Shown here: piece by piece, positions 9,450 to 19,264 of the stretch
Numbering within the stretch: the stretch's first letter is position 1
Layout: each line of letters opens with the position of its first letter
DNA from: an uncultured bacterium
GTDB lineage: Bacteria; Verrucomicrobiota; Verrucomicrobiia; Verrucomicrobiales; DEV007
Reading direction: 5' to 3'
Length of the DNA stretch: 64,000 nt
Assembly (NCBI GenBank): GCA_963977015.1
Contig: CAXBMO010000011.1
Span: 32,001-96,000 of the forward strand
Program-made: the position numbers and the translations under genes
Notes under the pieces: model-generated
Databases searched by the model: none
Seen by the model: the letters and a program-made list of their open reading frames with translations, nothing else
What the model was told of the DNA's origin: nothing

Positions 9450-10724
9450 TCACTCTGCCGACAGTGGAATCGAGACTCCGACTTCAGCGGAAAACTGGTT
9501 CAGCCATTCGCGTCGCCCCTGCTCGGGAACGTCGAGCGAACGGATGGTTGGTTCTACGTCAGGATACCCTTCGACTTCATCCTGGCTGTCAATCATGCGT
9601 GACGTTCCCGCCAACGCCTGGCTTACGATTCGGGCGTCCGTTGCGTCGCGATCACCGGGTCTGGCGCCAACCCTTCTCGCCACATGCCAGAGCGTTTGGG
9701 CCTCACCGATTGGCTCCAGCCCTTCCGGCCACAGGGGCGGTTCCGGCAAGGTATCGAATGGCTTTCGCAAGACGGGAATCGTTTGGCCGTCGCGGTTGAA
9801 CCCAACATTCCCCCGGAAGTGAGCCGACGCGATTCCTTCAAACACGGCGGAAGACAATTTGGTATCCTCGCCAAACAGAACGATGTTTCCCACCACGGAA
9901 AGCACCGGCTGTCCCTCTCCGTAAGCAGGGTCCAGTCCCACATGAATCGAGCGTTGGCCTGGATTTGCGATCACGTTGTTGACGATGACGCCGGACGTTC
10001 GGGGCTGGAAAAGCGGATTGCGCTCCACGTTGCTGCAATAGAGATTCCTCACGAGGGCAACTTGCTGAGTTCCGCCGAAAATGAGGGAACCTTTCGAGTG
10101 CGGTCCTTTCGCATGGGTCGAGTCGTTCAGCCCCTCGGCGATGATGCAATTGCGGACGAAAAGGCGGTGACTTGGAATCCCGTCTTCAGGTTTGTAGGAC
10201 GTCGGGGAGATGCCTTCATCCACGCACCACGTTACCGAACAGTGATCGATCCAAACGTCGGAAGGTCCCCGCGTCGTGGTGATCCCGTCAGGTTCCCAGC
10301 CGCTGCGTTTTGCCTTGCCAGCATCACCGGGGCGAATTCGCAAGTGTTGGAGGACCACCTGACTTTCCCGAATTTCCAGGCCTCCCTTGATGAGGGTGAT
10401 TCCGGGGCTGGGGGCGGTCTGGCCGGCGACGACGATCTGGGGATGGCGAATCGATAGGCCTCGTTCCTTGAGGTCGATGACCCCGCCGACTTCAAAAATG
10501 ACCAAGCGGGGACCTTTCTGTTGCAACGCATCGCGCAGGGTTCCACGGCCTTCGCCTTCCAGGGAGGTCACCCGGTAGACCGTTGCCTGATCAAGCTCAA
10601 ATCCAACATCCGGTAGTAGGTTCTCCTGCCACTGCCAATCCTCTTGCTCCGCATTGGAAGGCAGGATTGTGCCTTGGAGGAATAGTGAGAAGAGAGGCCA
10701 AAGGAAGTTGAGGGGTTTCGTCAT
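9450..10724 (-). CDS. Pectate lyase-like (PL1-type) beta-helix protein
   Basis: VTSL..GRGTLRDAL...GPRLVIFEVGGVI, AGQTAP, VWIDHCSVTWCVDE, HSKGSL, RNP; start moved to MTKPLNFL signal peptide. Confidence 0.85.
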   Translation of the reverse strand: MTKPLNFLWPLFSLFLQGTILPSNAEQEDWQWQENLLPDVGFELDQATVYRVTSLEGEGRGTLRDALQQKGPRLVIFEVGGVIDLKERGLSIRHPQIVVAGQTAPSPGITLIKGGLEIRESQVVLQHLRIRPGDAGKAKRSGWEPDGITTTRGPSDVWIDHCSVTWCVDEGISPTSYKPEDGIPSHRLFVRNCIIAEGLNDSTHAKGPHSKGSLIFGGTQQVALVRNLYCSNVERNPLFQPRTSGVIVNNVIANPGQRSIHVGLDPAYGEGQPVLSVVGNIVLFGEDTKLSSAVFEGIASAHFRGNVGFNRDGQTIPVLRKPFDTLPEPPLWPEGLEPIGEAQTLWHVARRVGARPGDRDATDARIVSQALAGTSRMIDSQDEVEGYPDVEPTIRSLDVPEQGRREWLNQFSAEVGVSIPLSAE

Positions 10725-10898
10725 ATCTACAAACGGGGGTGCAGAGGAATTTGTAGAGGGGAGGGGAAGCGTTGTGAAGCGATTTTCAAAGCGTGGAGCG
10801 TCTTGAACCCTGATTGGGGTTGAATAATGCAGTTTCGCCCCTGAATTGTAAGAGACTTCTCGTCGAAGCCGACAATCGTCAGCAACGAAGTCACCTTC

Positions 10899-11183
10899 AT
10901 GAAAGCCAGACGACGCAGACCTCGTTGGGCCCGGAACCTGGGTCACACGCTCTATCTCGTGCTTGCGATCATTGCGATCGTGGCCGGGGTGGTCCTGTTT
11001 CCGCTGCCCATTCCCGTGGGGCTACCATTGATTGCCATCGGCCTGGCGCTCTTGCTGCGATCATTTCCCGCAGTCCGGCGTTGGGTGCGGCGGCGCGCTT
11101 CCCGCGTCCCCATTCTGGCGAAGGCGTTGACTTACCTTTCTCCATCGCGAACCCGCTCCGTTCGCTCAAGTGGAAGCGCTTAG
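10899..11183 (+). CDS. Small membrane protein, PGPGW-like
   Basis: Helix-LFPLPIPVGLPLIAIGLALL-helix pattern with basic flanks. Confidence 0.65.
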   Translation: MKARRRRPRWARNLGHTLYLVLAIIAIVAGVVLFPLPIPVGLPLIAIGLALLLRSFPAVRRWVRRRASRVPILAKALTYLSPSRTRSVRSSGSA

Positions 11184-11199
11184 ACGCGAGTTCGCAATC

Positions 11200-11589
11200 C
11201 TACTCGTAATTCGCGCGGATCCAGGCGGCCCAGTCGCGATAGCGTTTGGCTTGAAGATCGTTGAAGTGGACTTCCACGTTGTAGGCGATCAGGCCCGTTG
11301 ACGTTGCGCCGCTGGGAAGCGGGGAGGCAGATTCCTGAAAGGAACTGTCGAGTTCAATCAGTTGGGACCATGTCGCAGTCAATCGGGCCAGGGTTGCCTT
11401 CGCTGCGGCCTGGTTCTCGGACGGAGTGATGAGTTGGATGGCGGATTGCAGGTCTGCTTCGGCTTTCGAGAGGTTCTCTCTGGCTTGTTTGACCTTGCGG
11501 AAGGCTTCGGCTCCGGGAGCTTCCTGGCTGAGGCCGGAAGCGGCACTGACAAGGAGAATGACGGCAATGGTGAGGGCGCAGCTTTTCAT
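11200..11589 (-). CDS. Hypothetical secreted helical protein
   Basis: Signal peptide MKSCALTIAVILLVSAASG, Ala-rich helices; fills the gap downstream of the TAXI gene. Confidence 0.6.
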   Translation of the reverse strand: MKSCALTIAVILLVSAASGLSQEAPGAEAFRKVKQARENLSKAEADLQSAIQLITPSENQAAAKATLARLTATWSQLIELDSSFQESASPLPSGATSTGLIAYNVEVHFNDLQAKRYRDWAAWIRANYE

Positions 11590-11644
11590 GGGGTTTCAGG
11601 TAAGACGGCCCATCGGGCAATCTATTGGAAGGAAGCGGCGTGAT

Positions 11645-13060
11645 CTACCGCGGATCAAAGAGCGGCGTGGTGCTCGTATCGCGATACCCGTAGCGCTGGA
11701 GCCAAAGATCGACCATTTCGATGATCTTGGGATCGGGGTGACGGTTCCATCCAAAATCCGTCCAGGTAATTCCCTGGTCATATCCTCCATTGCCACCGGA
11801 GGCCTTGAGCCGTTCCCCTTCCTGAATTTGGCTGAGATTTGCCGCGACGTCCTTCCACAGGGAGCCCGCCCGCGGAATGCCAAAATCCTGCGATAGGCCA
11901 TAGGTGGAGTCCGGATCCGTACTCAGTTTGGTGAGCACGCGTTTAACGATGTGGCGGACCCAACGGATCTTGTGATTCGCGGCCGCAGCTTTATCGGTAT
12001 AGGAAGAATGGGTGACCAGGCAGGCGGTAACCCCCCGGGTTTTGATGGGGTTGGGGTTCGCAAAGAGGAAGTTGTAGGCATTGGCCGGAATCTCGGTTTT
12101 GACATAACCACCAAACTCGTCACGGTTCGAATCCACGATTTCGTCGGCCACGTCGCCGAAGGGGAGAAGAACCAGTTCGCCAACTTCTTTTTCGACCACA
12201 TCAACCGTTTGTCTCCCCAGGATGTTGCGCTTCTTCACCTCTTCCTGAATTTGCTTCAGCCCAAAGCGTTCCAACGCGGGAAAGGGAACGCCTCCAATCA
12301 GAATGACGGCATCCAAATAGCGCTCTCCATTCTGCGATGCGTTCTTGGGGCGAGGTTTGGTCAGGAGGTCGAGAGCGGCATCCCTCGAATAGTATTTCTT
12401 TTTCCAAACCCCTGAAATCATATCGGGCTCGCGAAGAAACATTTCCTCCAGCAAGGTGCAGGTGATGGCGGTTCCGGATCCCATTGCCCCGATATTCACC
12501 ACGGCGCCTTTGTTGAAGAGATCGGCGAGGTCTTTGTATTCGCCCTTGGACTCCTCGCGAATCACAATGTGAATCGCTTCGGTGTACAAAGGCAGGATCA
12601 GATTGATATCTTCCTTAATTTTTGCCCAGATCTGTCGAATCTCATTGTCGACTTTGCCGTGATACTTGGTGAGATGATTGACGTCACTATGTTGTTGGGC
12701 GTAATACCAGATATCGCTCTGCACGATGGCCAGTTGCACCTCATCCTCGGTCCGGAGTCGTTTAATACTGTCGAAGCTCCCCTGGGTTGCGAAGACGTTC
12801 AGTTTGATCGCCGGGTTGTTGACCTTGTCTTCCGGATCGCCAAAGCGAATGCACATATCGCTGATATCTTCGGCGAACCGAACATAGATGCCGGAGTGCG
12901 AACCGCTCGCGATTCCCGGGTTTACTCCGCGAACCGGTTTGACCGCTCCCGGGTATTCCGAAAGCTTCACACTCGAAAGGGAGGTTTGCGCCTGGGCGGA
13001 AGTTGAAAGGATCAGGGTGACGACAAGATGGCCGAGAACAGAGAAGGCTCGAGTTTTCAT
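11645..13060 (-). CDS. TAXI-family (TRAP) solute-binding protein-like
   Basis: GIASGSHSGIY, TQGSFDSI, QLAIVQSD, LPLYTEAIHIV, VNIGAMGSGT; signal peptide at MKTRAFS. Confidence 0.75.
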   Translation of the reverse strand: MKTRAFSVLGHLVVTLILSTSAQAQTSLSSVKLSEYPGAVKPVRGVNPGIASGSHSGIYVRFAEDISDMCIRFGDPEDKVNNPAIKLNVFATQGSFDSIKRLRTEDEVQLAIVQSDIWYYAQQHSDVNHLTKYHGKVDNEIRQIWAKIKEDINLILPLYTEAIHIVIREESKGEYKDLADLFNKGAVVNIGAMGSGTAITCTLLEEMFLREPDMISGVWKKKYYSRDAALDLLTKPRPKNASQNGERYLDAVILIGGVPFPALERFGLKQIQEEVKKRNILGRQTVDVVEKEVGELVLLPFGDVADEIVDSNRDEFGGYVKTEIPANAYNFLFANPNPIKTRGVTACLVTHSSYTDKAAAANHKIRWVRHIVKRVLTKLSTDPDSTYGLSQDFGIPRAGSLWKDVAANLSQIQEGERLKASGGNGGYDQGITWTDFGWNRHPDPKIIEMVDLWLQRYGYRDTSTTPLFDPR

Positions 13061-13208
13061 GGCAGTATTCGTGGAAGGCCTATTCGAGGTGTTTGCCTCG
13101 GAAGAATGAACTCCTAACGTTGTTAGTGTGAGGGATGGGAGCCTTTCCGTCAATCTCGAGATTCCGCAGCCACGTGCCGGAAATGTCAAAGTTGGCTTGG
13201 GAGTGGCG

Positions 13209-13877
13209 TTAGGGGCTGAGCCTCATTTTGTTCCAGCAATTCGTTTCCCGATCCAGCTCAAACGCAATTCGATCGTGAAGCCGGCTGGAACGGCCTTGCC
13301 AGAACTCGATCCGAGTGGGGCGCAGGACATAGCCGCCCCAGAATGGGGGCCGGGGAACCTCGCCGCTTTCGGGATACTTGGCCTTGAACTCCGTTTCCCG
13401 GTCTTTCATCCATTCGCGATTCGGGATCACCTCACTTTGTGTTGAAACCCAGGCGCCGATTCGGCTTCCGTAGGGGCGGCTCTTGAAATAACGGTCACTT
13501 TCCTCATCGGGTAGTTTTTCCGTGACGCCGCGAACGCAGACCTGGCGCTCAAGGGTTTCCCAATAAAACGTGAGCGCTGCGGATGGGTTTTCCGCCAGAT
13601 CGCGACCTTTCCGGCTTTCGAAATTGGTGAAGAACTGGAAACCGCGTTCGTCCAGCCCCTTCAGCAGGACGGTTCGGGCAGAGACTTGGCCGCTGCCGGA
13701 CACCGTCGCTAGCGTCATCGCGTTGGGATCGATCAACTTGGCTTTCGCCACTTCATCAAACCACGCCCGAAAGAGCTGAATCGGGTCATCACCGACATCG
13801 GCCACGTCCAGTTGGTCGCGCTGATAATCAGTTCGGAGATCGGGAAGGTCTTCGCTCGGGATGACGGCTTTTGGCAT
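13209..13877 (-). CDS. pdxH: Pyridoxamine 5'-phosphate oxidase
   Basis: [37 protein letters not shown]. Confidence 0.97.
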   Translation of the reverse strand: MPKAVIPSEDLPDLRTDYQRDQLDVADVGDDPIQLFRAWFDEVAKAKLIDPNAMTLATVSGSGQVSARTVLLKGLDERGFQFFTNFESRKGRDLAENPSAALTFYWETLERQVCVRGVTEKLPDEESDRYFKSRPYGSRIGAWVSTQSEVIPNREWMKDRETEFKAKYPESGEVPRPPFWGGYVLRPTRIEFWQGRSSRLHDRIAFELDRETNCWNKMRLSP

Positions 13878-13930
13878 GATCGGGTTTGATTACGTTGTAT
13901 TCGTGCTAGTGTCTACGATCTCACCTTTTC

Positions 13931-14497
13931 ATGCAAGCTGTGAACCAACCGTTAGCTTCCTACGTCGATCAGATTTTGATTACCCAGGGTCAGATCCACG
14001 AGCGGGTGGCTGAGCTGGGAACGGAGATCGAATCCCGGCACGAGGGTGGAGATTTGACGCTCCTGGTCATTCTTCACGGGAGCATTCTGTTCGCCGCAGA
14101 TTTGATGCGGGCCATGTCGGTGCCGGTTTACCTGGAATCGTTTCGGGTTGCCAGTTATCACGGGGGAACGGCTAGTTCCGGGACGGTGAGCATGGAGCAG
14201 GCAGAGACCTTGAGGCATCTCAAAGGGCAGAATGTGTTGCTGGTCGATGACATTCTCGACTCGGGAAGAACGCTCCATGCGGTCAAGAGACTCTTGGAAG
14301 AGGAGATTGAAGCGGCCACCGTTCGGTCTTGCGTGTTGCTCGACAAAAAGGTGACTCGCTCGATGGATGCTGCGGCTGATTTTACCGGATTTGAGATCGA
14401 GGATGCCTTTGTGATTGGCTATGGGTTGGATTATCAGGGGAAATTCCGGAATCTGCCGTTTATCGGCACGCTGAAACCGGAATGCATCGAATCCTGA
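13931..14497 (+). CDS. hpt: Hypoxanthine phosphoribosyltransferase
   Basis: VLLVDDILDSGRTL PRPP motif; FVIGYGLDY...RNLPFIG. Confidence 0.93.
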   Translation: MQAVNQPLASYVDQILITQGQIHERVAELGTEIESRHEGGDLTLLVILHGSILFAADLMRAMSVPVYLESFRVASYHGGTASSGTVSMEQAETLRHLKGQNVLLVDDILDSGRTLHAVKRLLEEEIEAATVRSCVLLDKKVTRSMDAAADFTGFEIEDAFVIGYGLDYQGKFRNLPFIGTLKPECIES

Positions 14498-14553
14498 CGC
14501 CGCCTTTCTTTGCGCTTCCCGTTTGGCTGAAGAAGTGCTAAGAACTGCCAACC

Positions 14554-15132
14554 ATGCAGTGGTACTATCTGGACGAAAATCAGCGCCAAGTTGAAGCTTC
14601 GGAAGCCGATCTTCACGACTTGAGGATGCGTCGCGTCATCACGGATCAGACCATGATTTGGAACGAGACGTTGCCGGAGTGGGTTGAAATGGGGAGAGCC
14701 TTGCCCATGCAACTGGGGCAATACGAGGAACCGACCAAGGAAGAACTGGAAGAACTCATCAATCCCCTGGCAACCGCGGCTGAAAAGCATCCCCCGGCCA
14801 ATTCCTCAGACACCAGGGTTTATGCCAGCGTCGTTGCGCAGAGTGCGGGCTGGATGAAATTTCTCGGGATTCTGGGCATCATCAATGGTGTCCTGCTCTG
14901 TCTGACCCTGATTGGAGCCGTCGTGGGGTGGATTCCCATTTGGATGGGCCGGATGCTGGTGAGTTCCGCGAATTCTGCGCAGGATGCCCAATCGACCGGT
15001 AGCCGGTTTGAAATGACGGACAGCCTGGAGAAAATGACGAAAGTTCTGAAGGTCAGTGCCGTCCTTACCCTTCTCGGGATCATTCTCGCGATCATTGGCG
15101 GAATTGTCGCCTTGGTGATCCAGGTCGGCTGA
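14554..15132 (+). CDS. GYF_2-like domain + DUF5362-like membrane protein
   Basis: N-terminal WYY...TMIWNETLPEW; C-terminal GWMKFLGIL...WIPIWMG with TM helices. Confidence 0.75.
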   Translation: MQWYYLDENQRQVEASEADLHDLRMRRVITDQTMIWNETLPEWVEMGRALPMQLGQYEEPTKEELEELINPLATAAEKHPPANSSDTRVYASVVAQSAGWMKFLGILGIINGVLLCLTLIGAVVGWIPIWMGRMLVSSANSAQDAQSTGSRFEMTDSLEKMTKVLKVSAVLTLLGIILAIIGGIVALVIQVG

Positions 15133-15137
15133 GTTGA

Positions 15138-16592
15138 TTAGGAAAGCGCCACTTCCAGGTTTTTGCGAACCAGCCCTCCCATCGATTCGCAGGCATCGAA
15201 CGCGCTGGTCTCGTGGTAATCGTTCAGTCCGCTTCGCAGTTCTTTCACCTTGTCCGGGCTCGATAGCTCATCCTGCTCCATTCGCTCCAGTAGATCGTTG
15301 AGGCGTCGGCCTTCGGCTTGAACCCGGCGGCTGATGAGCGTCCGCTCCTCCTGCTGATACTGCTTCATTGTGGGGTAGTTCAACAGCTCCGTGCAGAGCC
15401 GGACAACCTGGTTGTTCTCCTTGAAGAACTGCGGGAGATACATCCGATTGTTCCCCTCGTAACTTTGTTGATCGAAGTCGATCGCGCGGACGCGATACTG
15501 CGTTTGCTCAAAGTCCGGCGTCATGTCGATGACGTAGTTGTAGCTTCGCATATCGCCAAGAAGCCGCACGAAACAGCGCTCGTTGAACTTCACGAACTCC
15601 TTGGCCAGGCGAACTTCATCGAGGCGCCCGGGGGCGACATGATCGCGAATGAAGACATCACCTGGAATCCCCGCGATGTGTTCCTCAATCAGCGTTCCCT
15701 GATTCACCAGGTAATTCACCTGGTTGGGGGAGAGCGTCTGCTCCAGCTCCAATCCGTAAATCCGGGACGAATCGGGCACTTTCACGTAAAAATGGTCGTA
15801 GTTGTCGTTGAACTGGTTCACGACCCGAACGCGAAAAGGCTTGGAGTTCCCGAACTCGCAGAAATCGACCCGCTCAATGTAAATGTGCTCGATCAGGAAG
15901 GGGTCGCCGGTTTTCAGTTGGGAGTAAATGCGGGCGAGCAGGCTGTTCAGGTCTTCCCTCCGCGTCATGTTGTAGGATACCGTGTCCCAAAGCGTGTCGT
16001 TGCCATCGCGATCCGAGCAGGCGAAGGATGATTCGAATTCACGGAGCTTGTCATAGATCGGAGGCAGGTCCGATCCGCGTCCGTACTCGACGAGGTATTC
16101 CCACAAATGATCGGAAATTTGGAAAAACGGCTTTCGGTGAGAGATTTGGTTAAACCCGTCTCGCGCCGCTTGATCGGGAGCGGCGTGAATGGGTTTGTCC
16201 GACTCCTCGGTTCGTTTCCAGACCGTGGAATACATGGCATAGATTTCGTCGGCCGCGCCCTTGTCCCGCTGGGGTTCCCACTCCTCCTTGTCGAGCCAAA
16301 TCCCGCCGCAATGGATGCAGCGGTCGACATGAAACGCCAAATCCCGACCCACGTTTGCCCTGACCAGGAGGTGGCGACATTCCGGACAGGTAAAGGCTTT
16401 CTTGCTATCGGTGGACGGCACCGCGGGTTCGCGATCTTGCTCGGGGAGGATGGTTTCGCCGCGATCGCTGACCCAGCGCCAATATTGGAACGACGGGATC
16501 CAATGCCCTTCGCATGCCCGGCATTGACGGGCGACGAGGCCGTGTTCGAGATCGATGCGTCGGGTTTTGGCTTTGCAGGCGGGGCACTTCAT
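15138..16592 (-). CDS. Tandem Zn-ribbon (zf-TFIIB-like) domains fused to a putative atypical kinase-like domain
   Basis: CPAC...CRACEGHW and CPEC...VDRCIHCGGIWLD; C-terminal FYVK, LLGDMRSYN, RAIDFD. Confidence 0.7.
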   Translation of the reverse strand: MKCPACKAKTRRIDLEHGLVARQCRACEGHWIPSFQYWRWVSDRGETILPEQDREPAVPSTDSKKAFTCPECRHLLVRANVGRDLAFHVDRCIHCGGIWLDKEEWEPQRDKGAADEIYAMYSTVWKRTEESDKPIHAAPDQAARDGFNQISHRKPFFQISDHLWEYLVEYGRGSDLPPIYDKLREFESSFACSDRDGNDTLWDTVSYNMTRREDLNSLLARIYSQLKTGDPFLIEHIYIERVDFCEFGNSKPFRVRVVNQFNDNYDHFYVKVPDSSRIYGLELEQTLSPNQVNYLVNQGTLIEEHIAGIPGDVFIRDHVAPGRLDEVRLAKEFVKFNERCFVRLLGDMRSYNYVIDMTPDFEQTQYRVRAIDFDQQSYEGNNRMYLPQFFKENNQVVRLCTELLNYPTMKQYQQEERTLISRRVQAEGRRLNDLLERMEQDELSSPDKVKELRSGLNDYHETSAFDACESMGGLVRKNLEVALS

Positions 16593-16875
16593 AGCGTGGA
16601 GTGGGCGGAAACCGCATTCAAAACCGCGTTTGCGCGCACGATTTTCGCCTGTGCGGCAACTTAGCAAAGGTTAGGCGGCCCGAAAATGAATTTCACGAAG
16701 CAGAATTGCGAAAATTTATGAAATATGAGAACTATTTTTGTGGCCACCTCTAGGTACCAGAGGTATTAGAACATGAACCAAGGAAAGGAGGTTGCCAGAA
16801 TCGAGCTTTCTGCGCATCTCTTCGCTTTTCATTCACCAGAACAACACCGATTTCCACCCGAACCACTTCTTTATC

Positions 16876-18141
16876 ATGTTCCAAGGAACTCAATCTGCAT
16901 CACCCGCTGTCGATGGTCTTCAACTGCCCGGACTTCTCGCGCAAGAAATGTTCGACCTTAGCCAACTGGAAAAAGTTGAAGCTTGGATAAACACGCTGGG
17001 TTTTGGCGACTTTGGCCCTTGGCTCAGCGCAGGCATGATCCTGTTTTTCGGCTTTATCGTTTGTTGGGTGATTCAGAAAATTGTCGAAGGAATTCTCCAC
17101 CACACTGAGCTGGATGAGAAAATCGCCGATGCCTTGGGCGTATCCAACGCGAACACGGAGCGGGCGTTCGGCACCTTCCTGTTTTGGTTCCTGATGCTTT
17201 TTGTCGTGATGGCCGCCATCAGCGCGGCGGAGTTGGGCGAGAACGTAACGCGTCCGCTCGAAAACATGCTCGCCGAGGTCACGACCTTCCTGCCGAAACT
17301 GCTTGGTGCAGGATTACTCGCGTTTGTTGCCTTCGCGGTCGCCACGATCGTGAAGAAGATCCTGGTCGGAATTTTGACGGCGACGCGGATTGACGAGCGT
17401 TTGGGACTGGGATCGGATCGACCACTGACGACGGCCATTACGACGATCGTCTTTTTCCTCATCATTTTGACGATCCTGCAGGGCGCGATCGAGACGCTTG
17501 GAATTCAGAGTATTTCAGAGGCGATCAACCCGATGATCCAGACGATTTTGAGCTACGTGCCCATTCTGTTTGGTGGCGCCGTGGTTCTGGCGCTCGGCAT
17601 ATTCCTGGCCTCGATCGTGAACAAGGCTTTGGGATCGACCCTGGCGGCGGCTGGCATTGACCGGATTCCCATGCGGCTCGGTTACGACGAGGAGATTCGG
17701 TTTCTCGGCCGTCCGCTTTCCGAGATGATCGCAAAGATCGTCGCCCTGACCATCATCGTGGTGATGGTGAAGCAGTCCATCAACATCATGAATCTCGTCG
17801 AGCTCAAAATCGTGGCGGACAAAATTCTCGACGTTTGGGGTGGGATCGTGATTTTCCTCGTCGGCGTTTTCGTTGCCGGCATGGCGAAGAAGGCCATCTC
17901 GAATCAGGTTTGGCGCGATGTCGCTTACTACGGCATTCTCGTCTTTGTCGGCGGGATGGCGCTGCAGGCGGCCAACCTCACGACCCTGAGTGATACCACG
18001 ATCCAGTATCTGATGCAGGGCGCGATCATCGCAGCGGTTCTCGCCTTCGGAATTGGCGGCGGCATCGCCATTGGCCTCGGCGGTCGTTTCAAGGTCCAGA
18101 AGTACCTCGAAGACAAGCAACCGCCGACCAACTACGACTGA
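16876..18141 (+). CDS. Multi-pass membrane protein with repeated TM_helix units (mechanosensitive-channel/CmpX-like)
   Basis: Repeats FLPKLLGAGLL and YVPILFGGAVVL; C-terminal AFGIGGGIAIGLGGR. Confidence 0.8.
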   Translation: MFQGTQSASPAVDGLQLPGLLAQEMFDLSQLEKVEAWINTLGFGDFGPWLSAGMILFFGFIVCWVIQKIVEGILHHTELDEKIADALGVSNANTERAFGTFLFWFLMLFVVMAAISAAELGENVTRPLENMLAEVTTFLPKLLGAGLLAFVAFAVATIVKKILVGILTATRIDERLGLGSDRPLTTAITTIVFFLIILTILQGAIETLGIQSISEAINPMIQTILSYVPILFGGAVVLALGIFLASIVNKALGSTLAAAGIDRIPMRLGYDEEIRFLGRPLSEMIAKIVALTIIVVMVKQSINIMNLVELKIVADKILDVWGGIVIFLVGVFVAGMAKKAISNQVWRDVAYYGILVFVGGMALQAANLTTLSDTTIQYLMQGAIIAAVLAFGIGGGIAIGLGGRFKVQKYLEDKQPPTNYD

Positions 18142-18887
18142 TACGAGCGATCGACGTGGACGTAGCCACCATCGACGTGGATCAATTGTCCCGTGGTATG
18201 GCTCGAGCGCGGCGAAAGCAGAAAAACCGTCATTGCCGCGATCTCGTCCGTTGACGTCATTCGCGCTCCCAACGGAATCCGGGACTCGATCTCTGCTTTC
18301 CGGCTTTCCGGATCTTTCTGGGTTTGGAGCCAGTTCTCGTACATCGGCGTCCAGACCTCGGCCGGAATCACCGCATTGACCCGAACGTCGTCGTTCGCAA
18401 AATCCAGCGCCCATTCGCGGGTCAGGGCAATCAATCCGCCCTTCGCCGCTGCATACCCCGAAGTGCCACCCTGGCCGGTCATCGCGACTTTGCTCGCGAT
18501 ATTCACGATCGCGCCCTTCGACTGGCGTAACGCAGATGCCGCGTGATGGACGAGCCCGTAGGCCTGAACCAGATTTTTCTCCAGCGATTGGCGAAACGGC
18601 TCCGGACCAGCTTCAATCCCGACTCCATCATTGATCCCGGCGTTGTTCACGATTCCATCGATCAGGTCGAGCTTCTGAACTGCGGCGGAAACCTGGGAAT
18701 CGTTCGTCAAATCGCAGACCACAGCCTCGATCCCAAGCTCCGAAGCCAGGTGCTCGGACCGAACCTCGTCGCGATCCAGAATTATCGGTTGGGCGCCTTC
18801 CTCAACGAGCTGACGCACAATCGCCTCACCAATCCCCGAAGCGCCGCCCGTAACGAGGTAGACTTTGTTCGATACCAAGAGATCCAT
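18132..18887 (-). CDS. SDR-family oxidoreductase (L-fucose dehydrogenase-like)
   Basis: VTGGASGIG, NNAGINDGVG, YAAAKG, VIPAEVWTP, SSHTTGQ. Confidence 0.9.
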   Translation of the reverse strand: MDLLVSNKVYLVTGGASGIGEAIVRQLVEEGAQPIILDRDEVRSEHLASELGIEAVVCDLTNDSQVSAAVQKLDLIDGIVNNAGINDGVGIEAGPEPFRQSLEKNLVQAYGLVHHAASALRQSKGAIVNIASKVAMTGQGGTSGYAAAKGGLIALTREWALDFANDDVRVNAVIPAEVWTPMYENWLQTQKDPESRKAEIESRIPLGARMTSTDEIAAMTVFLLSPRSSHTTGQLIHVDGGYVHVDRSYQS

Positions 18888-18989
18888 GATCCAAGCACGC
18901 CCAAAAGAGGCCGCTTCGAAACTCTTTTTCCTTGATCCTCGAAGGCCAGCCCCGGCTCCGCGAGCCCTGCCCATTCTCCTGTGGAGGGC

Positions 18990-19066
18990 AGTAAAACGGG
19001 GCTCCGTCCCGTTCTTTGGTCGAGCGGCGGAGTCTTTGCGGGAACGGGACAGAGCCCCGTTTTACT
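18990..19066. repeat. Inverted pair of 25-bp REP-like palindromes (REPIN-like)
   Basis: 18990-19014 AGTAAAACGGGGCTCCGTCCCGTTC and 19042-19066 are reverse complements with one mismatch; each arm is itself a hairpin (AACGGG...CCCGTT). Confidence 0.8.
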
Positions 19067-19264
19067 CTTGAAGCTGGAACAACCGAAGACCATTTCATCG
19101 GCTGGAGCCTTGGCTGACCACCTGCGCGTTTTCGCAACTTCACCTTGCATGAAGCCCAAATTTGTTAATTTTGATGATCTATCAGGAATCTTAAATTGCG
19201 GATTCGGTCAGGATTTCCCGAATCGCTCTCACGTTCACCCCACTCACCCACGTTTCACTGACTC

